Shown here: piece by piece, positions 28,223 through 38,973 of the stretch | Layout of the letters: every line of letters starts with the position of its first letter | Position numbering within the stretch: the stretch's first letter is position 1 | DNA from: a virus | Taxonomy: Duplodnaviria; Heunggongvirae; Uroviricota; Caudoviricetes | Length of the DNA: 64,000 nucleotides | IMG/VR virus record: IMGVR_UViG_3300037455_000543 | Location: 315,136 to 379,135 of that record | Direction: 5' to 3' (one strand) | Notes under the pieces: model-generated | What the model was told of the DNA's origin: nothing | Seen by the model: the letters and a program-made list of their open reading frames with translations, nothing else | Databases searched by the model: none | Position numbers and translations under genes: made by a program

Positions 28223-28534
28223 TTAAGCGATTGCCGCCTGATACTTTTCAAGAACACAGGCTTCAATATGTTCTCGAAGCTGTCGGGTAATCGGACAGCA
28301 GATACTGCGGTAATCTTCACCCTTATAGAAGGGATCATTCGGATAACCGACGAACAAACCGTTTTCGCCTTCCATGACACGAAGTCCGCGAATCTGAATC
28401 TGGTCATTCAAAACAATCGTGGCCAAACCCTTCATGTGTCCCATGCTAGGACCTTCCTTGAAAGGGAAAACCTGAACATTGGTTACGGCCAGGCAGTCAA
28501 AGGCTTTGGATGTTTCTCTGATTTCGTTTTTCAT
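28223..28534 (-). CDS. spoVG: SpoVG-family nucleic-acid-binding protein
   Basis: VTNVQV...LATIVLND..IRGLRVMEGENGLFVGYP...YRSICCPIT. Confidence 0.85.
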   Translation of the reverse strand: MKNEIRETSKAFDCLAVTNVQVFPFKEGPSMGHMKGLATIVLNDQIQIRGLRVMEGENGLFVGYPNDPFYKGEDYRSICCPITRQLREHIEACVLEKYQAAIA

Positions 28535-28546
28535 TATTAACTCCTG

Positions 28547-29092
28547 TTAATGGTTATCATTGTCGATAACAATATAGGAATTATTGAATACGAATTGGTA
28601 CAACTTCTCAGGATTATTTTCAAACCAGTCCACCAATACTGTAGAATCTCCACCTTCAGTCGGTGCACTCTGGTGATCGATATAACCGACATACTTCGGC
28701 TGGACTCTGTAATTGCTGCTGACCGAGATTTCACCGATATCGTCTTCCCATTCTACCATGACTCCATGCTTACGGAAACAGTCAGCAACTCCAGCCAAGG
28801 CGGTATTAACCTCGGTTTTCATCTCCGAAACCAGTTTACTACGAACACGTTCCAGGTCACGGAGAGTCGTATCTAGCGGAATCCACTTCGTCTTGGTAGT
28901 GAGATAGGCCACCAATGCATAGTCGAGCTTTTCTTCCGGGTTATACAGGTTTTCCGGTCCCCAGCCGTATTCACCGTTACCCGAGATATACAAAGTCAAT
29001 CCTTTCAGATCCCCGATAACATCGTCACTGAACGTAATACTGTGACATGAACTGGAATTGGTTTCAAATACGTTATTTCTGGATTTTTTCAT
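28547..29092 (-). CDS. Phage protein with FETNSSSxHS N-terminal motif
   Basis: Motif recurrent in large phages; function unknown. Confidence 0.75.
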   Translation of the reverse strand: MKKSRNNVFETNSSSCHSITFSDDVIGDLKGLTLYISGNGEYGWGPENLYNPEEKLDYALVAYLTTKTKWIPLDTTLRDLERVRSKLVSEMKTEVNTALAGVADCFRKHGVMVEWEDDIGEISVSSNYRVQPKYVGYIDHQSAPTEGGDSTVLVDWFENNPEKLYQFVFNNSYIVIDNDNH

Positions 29093-29095
29093 TTT

Positions 29096-29620
29096 CTAAT
29101 TATCGTCCTCAAGGTCTTGAAATTCAAAATCAGTTTCCGAACAGTAGTTCTTGTCAATAAGTCGTTCGCAACCGTGATCCTGTGCTTCCTGCAGTCTCTT
29201 CTTGAAATCATTGGCCACATTGATAATACTGTCCATACGAGCAATAGCATTGTCGATCGTTTCGTCATCGTCGAAATACACTACGCTATCATGTTCAGAA
29301 TCAAATCCCTTATATGGATCGGCATACAATCCGTTGCTGATCGAGTAACCTTCTTTCTGATTCATCTTCGTTGCATACTCCGCGAAATCCACGAACAGGA
29401 CATTACGCCGACGGGTACAGAATTCATCCTGCACTACCGGTTTATCAGCCTTCTTCCAGATTGCCAGGATCTGCGCCTTAATCTGCTTTTGCTGCGCAGT
29501 CAATACCTTCAGTTTTTGCCAATCCAATTCAACTTCACCCTTCTGGCCACAGTTCACTTTCTTCAGGGGAATGGTCGTCTTCTTGCTCTTCGTCGTGATC
29601 TTGTGTTTGCATGTTGGCAT
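29096..29620 (-). CDS. Hypothetical protein
   Basis: ORF, SD, promoter. Confidence 0.75.
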   Translation of the reverse strand: MPTCKHKITTKSKKTTIPLKKVNCGQKGEVELDWQKLKVLTAQQKQIKAQILAIWKKADKPVVQDEFCTRRRNVLFVDFAEYATKMNQKEGYSISNGLYADPYKGFDSEHDSVVYFDDDETIDNAIARMDSIINVANDFKKRLQEAQDHGCERLIDKNYCSETDFEFQDLEDDN

Positions 29621-29737
29621 ACTGTAACTCCTTGTTTTTCTCCAAATATAGCAAAACTGTCAATAACCGTCAACCTGGCATATTTTATTTCGGTTATTCA
29701 CCATTAACCCAGTTCTCGGTTCATAAACCAGTCCGCT

Positions 29738-30247
29738 CTACAAATCCTCGATCGCCAGACAGGTTTCCAGTTCGCTCTTGAAAACCAGGTATTCCGTCTC
29801 AGTCTCAATCTTCTCACACTGGTCGACAAACTGATAGAAATTTTCAGAATTTAAAAAATTCAGTACTTTCTGTATACCGGTCAGCCAGCCTTCGCCGATC
29901 TTCACAGGCGACCGTGCATATTCGTCAGTATTCCTAAACCAGTCACTGTCAATCTGGTTATAATGCCACGGACGGTCCTTATAATATGAATTTTCAAGTT
30001 TCGGTAAAAAACGGTAATGGAAAAACCGAATACAGTATTTCGGGATATCGTCTTCCGTCTGTCCGGTAAACCGTTTCACTTCAATCAGTTTATGATAACC
30101 GTGTTTTTCGGTTTTCCTGTGAATATAGAAATGCCTGAGGTTTTGATATCGGTCAAGTTTCTCGACATCCTCGAAATTCCTGCTATCGTTTATTATAACC
30201 AACAATCCATGATCTTTATAGATTGCGTTCATGTAATCCGTGTCCAT
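29738..30247 (-). CDS. Hypothetical protein
   Basis: ORF directly after promoter. Confidence 0.7.
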   Translation of the reverse strand: MDTDYMNAIYKDHGLLVIINDSRNFEDVEKLDRYQNLRHFYIHRKTEKHGYHKLIEVKRFTGQTEDDIPKYCIRFFHYRFLPKLENSYYKDRPWHYNQIDSDWFRNTDEYARSPVKIGEGWLTGIQKVLNFLNSENFYQFVDQCEKIETETEYLVFKSELETCLAIEDL

Positions 30248-30460
30248 AGTCTATATAATATAATAAATTCCGGATTTTTTGTCAATATACTTAATACACT
30301 ATACTTAATACAGTCCGACTCGGTTAACCCGGTCAGCTTTATAGAAACCGGTCAACCTTAATACTTTATAGAATAACTATGATTTCCGCGGTTGACTTAA
30401 CAGAATATACTTAACACTTTATACTTTATACACCTTAACAGATTTACTATATTACATGAC

Positions 30461-31636
30461 ATGAAAGCAAAACAACAACCAACGGTCGTCAAGTTCGAAG
30501 ACTTCATAAAAGACATGGATTCGGCTTTTGTCGCAGGAATTACCGTATATCTCGGCGACGCGAATAACCGGACCATCCTGGAAATCGACGAAACGCTGAA
30601 CCGGATCATACCGGAAGACAAAGACTACCGGAATACGATAGTTTTCCAGAATGTCACCTTCAGGTCGGCCAAACGTGTAAACTATTCCAGAATTTTCGAA
30701 ATCTACTGCGACTGCAGATTTATAAACTGCAGGTTCGAAACCAACATGGAACTCCGCACCGAACGTTCCCTGCAATTGGATAACTGCACGACCATTTGCG
30801 ATGTCAAACTCTACGGCGGAAATCCATCTCTAAAAAACTGTAACTTCAGTACATCGGACATATCCTTCGAAGCTTGCAGCAATGTCGTAGTATGGGACAG
30901 TAAGTTCTACGGTGTTCACTTCGGTGGTTTCTGTGAAGCCTACGTGACGATGCAACGTTGCGAGATTACCGAAAATGTCGATGTCGAGGAATCTCATTTC
31001 GCCACATTCAACTTCATCGGCGGAAAACTGAAGACTTTCCAGTTTGAGGAATGCCATATCCATAGCCTGGATCTTTCCAGTCAGGATTCTTCCACTATAG
31101 TCAATCTCAAGGTTGACCAAATCTATATAAGAAGTTCTTTTATAGATCATGCTACGTTCCTTTCCGACCGTATCAAGGAAATCAATGTCCGTATGTCAAT
31201 GCTTAACAGATCGGTTACCTATGACAGTAAACTTCCGAAAATCTTTTCCGAAAGATCCGTCGGTTTCATTCCTACGCAGCAACACCTGACGCTTTATAAA
31301 AAGGCCAAGGTAGTCTGTAAGGACACCGGGAAACAAGTCGACGAGGTTATCGTAAAACTGGAAGTTCCGGACGACGCAAAGAGAGTATATTGCGATTACG
31401 GTAAAATCAGGGTTTCGAAAGCCGTAACCGTCGGTTTCTATAAGCTTAATGGAAAGACGTATACTCTTAATACAAAACGAGGACATATTGTCGTCGCCCA
31501 ATACGGTAAAGATTACGAATACGAAATCGGAAAAACCCAGAAACCTACAGAAGCATTCGATTCGACATTCGGAAGATGCGGTTCCGGAATCCACGGTTTC
31601 GAATCTTTCCAGGAAGCGGTTGACTATATTCTCTAA
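30461..31636 (+). CDS. Beta-helix repeat protein with DUF5758-like C terminus
   Basis: IVKLEVP.DAKR..KIRVSKA..CGSGIHGF..AVDY; paralogue of 35648-36841. Confidence 0.75.
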   Translation: MKAKQQPTVVKFEDFIKDMDSAFVAGITVYLGDANNRTILEIDETLNRIIPEDKDYRNTIVFQNVTFRSAKRVNYSRIFEIYCDCRFINCRFETNMELRTERSLQLDNCTTICDVKLYGGNPSLKNCNFSTSDISFEACSNVVVWDSKFYGVHFGGFCEAYVTMQRCEITENVDVEESHFATFNFIGGKLKTFQFEECHIHSLDLSSQDSSTIVNLKVDQIYIRSSFIDHATFLSDRIKEINVRMSMLNRSVTYDSKLPKIFSERSVGFIPTQQHLTLYKKAKVVCKDTGKQVDEVIVKLEVPDDAKRVYCDYGKIRVSKAVTVGFYKLNGKTYTLNTKRGHIVVAQYGKDYEYEIGKTQKPTEAFDSTFGRCGSGIHGFESFQEAVDYIL

Positions 31637-31639
31637 CCT

Positions 31640-32050
31640 GATTAACCTTAACTGGCTCGGTTAACCGGGGATGAACCGGAAAACTGGCTGAGATAAGAAA
31701 AATTCAGAATTGAGAATCGGGAACGGTGAGGGGATGAACCTTAATAAAAAATTTCCTGGAAAATTTTCCGGGAAAATTTTTTTATGTCAAAAAATTTGAC
31801 GATCTTAGATCAGGTTATACCTATACCGGTTATTTTGGTTTATCTGGTTTATCGGTTATGCCCTTACTGGTTTATCCAGCTTAATAGAAAAAGGACCAGG
31901 TTTACCTTAATAGAAACCTGGACATGTCTGGGTATATATTGTCGTATTATTAACGATTTATTAACGGTTATTTCACGCGGAAAAAATACAGAATTTTTTA
32001 CTTAACAGAAATTATCTTAACTGAATTCTGGATATTCTATAGACGGATAT
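31640..32050. other. Candidate replication origin
   Basis: Non-coding; near-perfect palindrome 31746-31783; plus strand changes from C-rich to G-rich. Confidence 0.5.
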
Positions 32051-32052
32051 TT

Positions 32053-32253
32053 TTAGATATTGATGGTAATGAAACCGGCTCTGGGACCGTCAGCATCTAC
32101 GGGATCGATTGACTTGACATCGCGGCCTCTGAGATATGATGGACAGTCGGAAATAAAGCCGTCATAGACTATATCGTCCTTTGATAAATCGAAAATGATT
32201 ATTTGTTGAGGACCGTTGAAAGCGGTTAATAGGGTATAAAGTGGGATATTCAT
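32053..32253 (-). CDS. Hypothetical protein
   Basis: ORF, SD. Confidence 0.65.
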   Translation of the reverse strand: MNIPLYTLLTAFNGPQQIIIFDLSKDDIVYDGFISDCPSYLRGRDVKSIDPVDADGPRAGFITINI

Positions 32254-32256
32254 TAT

Positions 32257-32565
32257 TTAGTCTCCTTGTTTTTCCCTGAGGTGTTTAAGGAATATGTAGT
32301 CCAGGTGGTCTCTTACGTATTCCAGGATAGTTCTGAAAGAATCTGGATCTTCTACATGGGAATCGTCGTAATCTGATTCGGTACTGATAGCCATGGCGGT
32401 TTTTTTATCTGGGAAATATCTGGCTACAAGTTTCTTGGTTCTTGCATGGAAGTATTGGAGATATGCTTGTGGCCATTCCTTTACGGCTGGGCATGGCTTA
32501 AACGTGATATTACCGTATTCTTTAAATACGTCTATACAGATATCTTTAAATTCTTGTTCGGTCAT
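32257..32565 (-). CDS. Hypothetical protein
   Basis: ORF. Confidence 0.65.
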   Translation of the reverse strand: MTEQEFKDICIDVFKEYGNITFKPCPAVKEWPQAYLQYFHARTKKLVARYFPDKKTAMAISTESDYDDSHVEDPDSFRTILEYVRDHLDYIFLKHLREKQGD

Positions 32566-32690
32566 TGGTATTATATGGAGGTTTGGAGGCGTCTCGTTTA
32601 TTGACCAGTTGATCCAGTTCGTTCCTGGCTGTGGCTGGGAGTTCGTGGTATAGATTATCTAATTGTTTTAGTCTGTCTTTGAAGTTCATA

Positions 32691-33065
32691 TTAGATTGTT
32701 TCCCAGTTATGCATGAATTTGGAGAAAAGGTCATAACCGAACAGGCCACGTTCTATATTCATGAAGGCATTGACGGTCTGTTCAGGGGTATAGTCGTGGA
32801 GTTGGAGGCCAAGTACGGGGCGTTCGTAGGTCTTATAGTTGGTATAGAGGACTACGCTACCACGTTCCTGGATATATAGAGTGCAGTCAAGTTGGAGGGG
32901 ATGGTTGACGGTATCTTCGCTTGTTCCGGTATATTTGGCTACGGAAACGGAAGAACGGCCACTTAAATCGGAGATAACCTTAATGTCGTATCTGGCGATA
33001 TAAATGCAGGCTTCACCGGCGAACGTGAAATTTTCTTTCTTGACGATGGTTGTATCTTTGAGCAT
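32691..33065 (-). CDS. Hypothetical protein
   Basis: ORF directly after promoter. Confidence 0.65.
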   Translation of the reverse strand: MLKDTTIVKKENFTFAGEACIYIARYDIKVISDLSGRSSVSVAKYTGTSEDTVNHPLQLDCTLYIQERGSVVLYTNYKTYERPVLGLQLHDYTPEQTVNAFMNIERGLFGYDLFSKFMHNWETI

Positions 33066-33136
33066 GGTTATAATATAGTAAAAAATACCCCTTATGTCAA
33101 TGTATGGGGGTATTAAAATAATATTCAGTTATCTGT

Positions 33137-33595
33137 TTAAAGAAGTTTCAGTCGTTCTTCAATAGGGCCGTTACGGTCGAATCCGCTATTTTCAAGTAGT
33201 TTGGCTAAAGCTTTTCGTGCCTTTTCATCTTGCTCGTCTTTTCGATATGCGAGGCGCTTAAGCATTGTTTCGAAGCGGAGAAAACGCATCCACTTTTCTC
33301 TATTTTTTTCCGTGCATTCCGAATAAGATCCACCTTTAATATCAAAGATATTCTTAAAAATGGTTTCGATACGCTTTTCCACATATCGAGGCACTTCCAT
33401 TTGCAGTGCATACGAATAGCCCTTCATGAAACAGTCGATAGCCAGATCTTCGTCTTTCTTCTTTACGCCAGCTAGGCTGAGTAGGTCCTTGGCCTGGGTT
33501 TCGGCACTGTCAAAGATTTTTTCAGCTTCCTTATCGGTTTCAGCTACCGGGAATAGCCATTTAAGGTCGTTATGGGTTTTGGTAAAATGTCTCAT
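33137..33595 (-). CDS. Hypothetical protein
   Basis: ORF. Confidence 0.7.
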   Translation of the reverse strand: MRHFTKTHNDLKWLFPVAETDKEAEKIFDSAETQAKDLLSLAGVKKKDEDLAIDCFMKGYSYALQMEVPRYVEKRIETIFKNIFDIKGGSYSECTEKNREKWMRFLRFETMLKRLAYRKDEQDEKARKALAKLLENSGFDRNGPIEERLKLL

Positions 33596-33834
33596 AATTC
33601 GTAATGTCCTTTATGTAAAGATACAATATAATCAAAATCGTTCATGAAGAGTTTTTTGATAGCTCTTTTGATTTTGGATAGGTAGGATAGCTGGATCAGT
33701 TGATGAACGTAGCAATTATTATATTCGTCAAGCGGATTACCTATGACATGGGTCCAGACAACCCTGTTGAATATCAGGGGCCTATGGTCAAGGCACCATA
33801 GCTCGTATTCCTGTTCTTTTTTAAAATCCCACAT
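33592..33834 (-). CDS. Hypothetical protein
   Basis: ORF, coupled. Confidence 0.6.
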   Translation of the reverse strand: MWDFKKEQEYELWCLDHRPLIFNRVVWTHVIGNPLDEYNNCYVHQLIQLSYLSKIKRAIKKLFMNDFDYIVSLHKGHYEL

Positions 33835-33847
33835 ATCTTAATTCTGA

Positions 33848-34120
33848 TTATTTTCCAAACATTTCCTGGTAGACGGTAGAATCGGCCTTAGAATCCTTAT
33901 GATAGAAGGCTATATTCTTCAGGTCAATAATGTTTACGCCATTATCACATTCGACGAAGAAGGCATAGGTAAGGATGAATGTCTGTACCTTTAATGTTCC
34001 TGTGCAGAGCTTACCCTGATGGCCTGCGACATAGACGTCACCATGTCCAACGGTATCTTCACTATTACAGCCAGTAAGGGTGGCAAGGGCGAAAGCCGTA
34101 GCGATAAAGAGTTTCTTCAT
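33848..34120 (-). CDS. Lipoprotein
   Basis: MKKLFIATAFALATLTG-C lipobox. Confidence 0.75.
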   Translation of the reverse strand: MKKLFIATAFALATLTGCNSEDTVGHGDVYVAGHQGKLCTGTLKVQTFILTYAFFVECDNGVNIIDLKNIAFYHKDSKADSTVYQEMFGK

Positions 34121-34313
34121 GTTTTAATTTCCTTTTGGTTTACCCCTAAAATATACTAGTTTTTGACCCTTTTGTAAGTAAAAACACCCTGAAAGATTTT
34201 TATCAGTTTTCTATAGGGGGTAGGGGTTGACTGTAAGATAATATCGTCGGGGTAGATATTTAATATGTCCGTGGGAAAAGCTATATTAGGGGTATAAACG
34301 AGAGGAAATCAAT

Positions 34314-34823
34314 ATGGATTACAAGCCATTCAAACCTGGAATCAAATATGACGTTATTCTTGATACGAAGCAAGAATATAATAACGTTGAAATCGTTAAC
34401 CCTATTCCCGGGTTCGTCGGGCTTATTTCTACATGGAATAACGGAACAAAAAGTATCAATTGGGTAAATACCAGCCACATTGTCGAGATGTGTGAAAAGC
34501 GTCATCCTATGTATTACTGGGAAATCGAAGACAACAAGTATTGTTTAAGAAAGGACGTGTTCAGTCCGACGGAAGTTGATCTGAACTGGGAATTTGTTCT
34601 TTATTCGGACCGTGAAGAATGTATTAAGGCCATGATTAAGGAACTTGTCAAGCAAGATTCGACAAAGTTCGAAGTCGTCGACGAAGACAATAATCCTATT
34701 TGCCTGTGGCTCACGGACGAAAAAAGATGGTGTGGTTCGCATGGCAAGCTCATGCAGCGTTATATCAATCTTAGTAAGGGTGCTAAAAGTAAGAGCAAAG
34801 GAAAGGGTAAGAAGCAGGGGTAA
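34314..34823 (+). CDS. Hypothetical protein, probable paralogue of 35039-35578
   Basis: Shared YD(V/I).L and Y.....(C/A)(I/V)KA patterns. Confidence 0.75.
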   Translation: MDYKPFKPGIKYDVILDTKQEYNNVEIVNPIPGFVGLISTWNNGTKSINWVNTSHIVEMCEKRHPMYYWEIEDNKYCLRKDVFSPTEVDLNWEFVLYSDREECIKAMIKELVKQDSTKFEVVDEDNNPICLWLTDEKRWCGSHGKLMQRYINLSKGAKSKSKGKGKKQG

Positions 34824-35038
34824 GCTTATATGATTATGTGGATTTTTCTGGTAGTCGTGTTGGGGTTGGTTGCTAAAGCTTATGTAGTCCCTATGGTTAT
34901 GAAACGAGTGGCATGGTATATGTTTAAGCGCAAGATGAAACGTCACGGTCGACTGAATCGAGGAATTAGTCTTTTCGATAGTGACAATTTCTTATAAAAA
35001 TTCTATATTGTTAAGGTAAAAGATAAGGAGCTTAAACT

Positions 35039-35578
35039 ATGTCAGAAAAGACTGAATATGATGAACTGTTGAAAATCGGGCTTTATTATGATATCAGGCT
35101 CAAGAACGATTCTGAATTTCATGACTGCCAGCTTTTGGTCAAGGACCTTGATTGTCGCATGATTAAGATACGACATTATTTGGACGTGGCTGATGGCAAG
35201 CTTAGGATTTTCAGAGAAGAAATGATTAACATGGATCAAATCTTCAAAGTTACATTCCCTAAGAAGTCACGTTTTTTCTGGACTTGTAGTGAAGAACCTG
35301 CTATTAGTTCTGCGCTTTTGGATGATATTCGATTAACAGACGAAGATGTTCGCTACAATAAAGATATCAAATTTTATGATTCTATAGATGAAGCAGTCAA
35401 AGCCATCGTTATTGAAAAGATTGCCAAGAGTGAAAATCCCAAGAATTGGACACTAAAATTTTACGGTTCTAATTGCTGTATTGCCAAGCATACTGGTCAT
35501 TCGTTAAAAGATGGCGGATGGGAAGGCACTCGCAGTCATATAGTCTATGAAACATTGAGCGAACTGAATAAGGAATAA
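35039..35578 (+). CDS. Hypothetical protein
   Basis: ORF, SD, promoter. Confidence 0.75.
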   Translation: MSEKTEYDELLKIGLYYDIRLKNDSEFHDCQLLVKDLDCRMIKIRHYLDVADGKLRIFREEMINMDQIFKVTFPKKSRFFWTCSEEPAISSALLDDIRLTDEDVRYNKDIKFYDSIDEAVKAIVIEKIAKSENPKNWTLKFYGSNCCIAKHTGHSLKDGGWEGTRSHIVYETLSELNKE

Positions 35579-35647
35579 GTCATATAGGCTGTTTACTGTT
35601 TTGACAGGAATTGCTATATTATAGGTATCAACGAGAGGAAATAATCC

Positions 35648-36841
35648 ATGGCTAAGAAGCAAGTCAAGCAATTAAGCAAGTCATTTATTGACCTTATCAA
35701 GGCCGGTTTGGCAAAAACTAAAAACCATTCTGTCCATGTTGGTAATACAAAGCAAAAAACCAAGATCAAGGATATTGGCGAGCTTGATGAAGATGAAGAT
35801 GAAGAAATTGACTTGTGTAATCTTATAGGCAAGGATCATACTTCTTTCTATATCAAAAATGTAGAATTTGATGCTGATAGAGATATTACGATTCTTGGTT
35901 ATTACGGCCATAATGTTACGTTCGAAAACTGTGTATTTAAAGATGTAATTACAGTATTTGCGGGGAGCGTCACATTTAAGAATTGTAAGTTCTATGCTAC
36001 GGCAAATACGAATTCAGTTAACGGTATTTGTTTACCTGGCAAGGTTTTTTTCGAAAAGTGTAATCATTTTTCTAATGGAGTGCGGATTAATGATGTAGAT
36101 GAAGTCTATATCAATAATTGTAAGGGAATTTCTTTTTTGACATTGCAAGCGGTTCATTATTCTGTTTATATCGATGGACTACAAGGTTGTAGCTGTTCTC
36201 TTATAGATAGTAGCCTTAAGCATGTAGACATCGATAATGCAAAATGTGATAAGCTTATATTGAATAGATGTTACATAGAACATTTGACAATTATCAGGTC
36301 AAGATTGTCAGAAGTGTCCATCTATAATTTGTTAGATGGAGAAAACTTTAACTTGTCGGATTCTACGATTGGAGAATTTTATACTAATCATGCTGCGGTA
36401 TTCGGTGGATTTCATTCGCACAATACTACTGTTGGAAACTATAATCTTAATTATACTACTGGCATTAAACCGCCTAGTAACGATATTATTCTCTATAAGA
36501 AGTGTGAAGGCCGTCCAGATAAAAATGACTCATCGGAAGACCATGATAGCGATTGTGGTATCGTAATTGTTAAGCTTTCCGTTCCGGCAAAGGCTAAGAG
36601 AGTTTATTGCGGTGATTTAAAAATTCGTGTATCTGAAGCTACAGTAGTTGATTTTTATTGCCCAGATGGTAGCAAATACGAGCTTAAAGATGGCTGGTGC
36701 GTAAGTTCTAACTGGGACAAGAAATTCAAATACCAGATTGGCGTCGCAGTAAAACCGACGGAAAAGTTCAATCCTACTTCTGGCCAGTGTGGTAGTGGCA
36801 TTCATGGTTTTATCGAATTTAATGATGCTGTAAACTACTAA
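35648..36841 (+). CDS. Beta-helix repeat protein with DUF5758-like C terminus
   Basis: IVKLSVPAKAKRVYC..KIRVSEA..CGSGIHGF. Confidence 0.75.
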   Translation: MAKKQVKQLSKSFIDLIKAGLAKTKNHSVHVGNTKQKTKIKDIGELDEDEDEEIDLCNLIGKDHTSFYIKNVEFDADRDITILGYYGHNVTFENCVFKDVITVFAGSVTFKNCKFYATANTNSVNGICLPGKVFFEKCNHFSNGVRINDVDEVYINNCKGISFLTLQAVHYSVYIDGLQGCSCSLIDSSLKHVDIDNAKCDKLILNRCYIEHLTIIRSRLSEVSIYNLLDGENFNLSDSTIGEFYTNHAAVFGGFHSHNTTVGNYNLNYTTGIKPPSNDIILYKKCEGRPDKNDSSEDHDSDCGIVIVKLSVPAKAKRVYCGDLKIRVSEATVVDFYCPDGSKYELKDGWCVSSNWDKKFKYQIGVAVKPTEKFNPTSGQCGSGIHGFIEFNDAVNY

Positions 36842-36858
36842 CAGAACAGACGCCTTAT

Positions 36859-36896
36859 TAACATTTTGTTAACAATCTATTAACATTATGTTAACA
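36859..36896. promoter_or_regulatory. Four TTAACA units at 11-bp spacing
   Basis: TAACA at 36859, 36870, 36881, 36892. Confidence 0.6.
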
Positions 36897-36979
36897 AGGA
36901 TGACTGGAATATAATTTCTCCTCGTTGAGCGATTACGAAAGTAGTCGCTTTTTCTATATTATAAGCATAAACGAGGTGT

Positions 36980-37696
36980 ATGATGATTCACAAGACAGCA
37001 AATCCTGAAATTAACGAACGTCATGTTATTACTGCGAAGTCTAACGGTATTCAGTTTTATATTGGACAGGAAGACCGCAAGGAACTTTGGCCACTTTGGG
37101 TCAAAATGCATCCTAATGGCGTTCTGGCTATTTTAGCAAGACATTATGGTGTTTGCAAATATAATAACAAAGTTGTTTATGATTTCAGAAAGGAAACGCT
37201 TGAGAATCTTCCAGATAAGTGGTTTGATATCACTCCGAATAATCTGTTTTATTCCGAAATTCGTAAAGTCTACGAAATTAATCAGCAACGCAAGTTGAAG
37301 CATAAGCAGAAGTCTGAAGAAATTGAATTCAAGCATGCATTGAAAGCCATCGATAATGATTTTACTAAGAAAGAATTTCTTACCATTTTGTTAGAAAAGT
37401 TTAACATAATGCTTTTCTTCTATGAAGATCAAGAAGTAGTCAAGGTTTATAAAGCTCGTCAGGATTTAGGTTATTGTATAAAGGTAAATTCAAACGGCGA
37501 ACCGTATTATGGAAAGAAATATGGTAAAGATACTCATAGTATCAGAGTAAGCTTCTTTTTCGGAAAGAAGAAAATCGCTGGTGCTTATACATGGGAAACT
37601 ATGCGTGATATCGTTAATATGAAGCGAATGAAAGATATTACTGTGGACGAACTGAAAGAAATTATTGGAACAGAAAAGGTTAAAGAAGCGGTATAA
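36980..37696 (+). CDS. Hypothetical protein
   Basis: ORF, SD, promoter. Confidence 0.75.
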   Translation: MMIHKTANPEINERHVITAKSNGIQFYIGQEDRKELWPLWVKMHPNGVLAILARHYGVCKYNNKVVYDFRKETLENLPDKWFDITPNNLFYSEIRKVYEINQQRKLKHKQKSEEIEFKHALKAIDNDFTKKEFLTILLEKFNIMLFFYEDQEVVKVYKARQDLGYCIKVNSNGEPYYGKKYGKDTHSIRVSFFFGKKKIAGAYTWETMRDIVNMKRMKDITVDELKEIIGTEKVKEAV

Positions 37697-37732
37697 TTTT
37701 CTATATTATAGGTATCAACAAGAGGAAATAAT

Positions 37733-38053
37733 ATGACAGAATTTGAATTCACTCAGCGAATCAGAAACGCAGTTCCGCAGGCCAAGGATATCCAGCGTGC
37801 CATGAAGATTAAGGGAATGTCTGGCTACAACAACAAGCTTGTCGCGGCTAACAAGCAAATTAAGTTGATTACCGACCACGAAAAGTTTTTCCGCCGTGTC
37901 CATGCGTTCGTCTATAATGGTCTTGACGTTGATTTGAGCGGTAGTCCGATTTACTGGCAAATGAATACGGTCTATGCGAAGAACTTCATCGCCATGGAAC
38001 GGAGAGCTGCGAAAGAAGAGGAAGACTTCAAGAATCTTTTGGACAGTATTTAA
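37733..38053 (+). CDS. Hypothetical protein
   Basis: ORF, SD, promoter. Confidence 0.75.
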   Translation: MTEFEFTQRIRNAVPQAKDIQRAMKIKGMSGYNNKLVAANKQIKLITDHEKFFRRVHAFVYNGLDVDLSGSPIYWQMNTVYAKNFIAMERRAAKEEEDFKNLLDSI

Positions 38054-38110
38054 TTTACGGGAACTCCGAAAATAACTAAATTTAACACATAACAACAAGA
38101 GGTAATAAAC

Positions 38111-38845
38111 ATGGCAATTGAACCTATCACTCTCGAACAGTCCCAAGACTTTAACGCCTGGCTTCAGGCACATGGCATGATGAAGGCCGGTGCTCGTAAG
38201 CGCATCCGCGTTTACCGTCGGACTCTCAACTCCGCTAACAAGGCACGTCATTCTCGTGACTTCGTGTATGTCGTCTCTGCAGACGATTATCGCAATAACC
38301 TGGAAGATGTTCACAGCAAGCTCATCGAATTGAGCACTAAGGTCATGGACCCGGAACAGGTCGTCAAGTCAAAGGAATATCTTGACAAGATGTATGCAGT
38401 CGAACGTGACTTGCTCATGAACCATCAGATTCAGATGAACTGGTATAACGGCAAGAGTGCTAACTTCAAGTTCATTCGCCACGTGATTACCGATCCAGAA
38501 ATTCTGGATGAACTGAACGAATGTATCAGGCATCACAAGAATTTCGACGAAAACAATCCGTATCTTGAAAGGTTCCGTTGTGGCGCACTCATTGCAGAAT
38601 TCGGTGTCTGTCCCGAATATGACTGGAAGGAATTCAATATCATCGTCGAAAAGGGCAAGGTTATTTGCGCCTATTCCTTCAAGGACCTGGTTCCGATTAG
38701 CAAGGAAACGTTCAAGGTCGGTTTCTTTGACAAGTTCGGATATAATATGAATATCTGTTCTGAAGAAACTATCAAGGACGTTATTGAAAAGGTGGCTGAA
38801 CAGAAGGAAATTGATATTCAGCTTGCCCAGGCCGAAGCAACCTAA
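38111..38845 (+). CDS. Hypothetical protein
   Basis: ORF, SD. Confidence 0.8.
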   Translation: MAIEPITLEQSQDFNAWLQAHGMMKAGARKRIRVYRRTLNSANKARHSRDFVYVVSADDYRNNLEDVHSKLIELSTKVMDPEQVVKSKEYLDKMYAVERDLLMNHQIQMNWYNGKSANFKFIRHVITDPEILDELNECIRHHKNFDENNPYLERFRCGALIAEFGVCPEYDWKEFNIIVEKGKVICAYSFKDLVPISKETFKVGFFDKFGYNMNICSEETIKDVIEKVAEQKEIDIQLAQAEAT

Positions 38846-38973
38846 GAGATTATTTCCATCTCGTTATGGTCGACTGCGTGTTTTACGTGGTCGACTGTTT
38901 TATTTTTATTTTTGACCCTGTTATTTAAAGCAGTCCATGATATTACTATATTATAGGTATCAAAGAGGTTATA

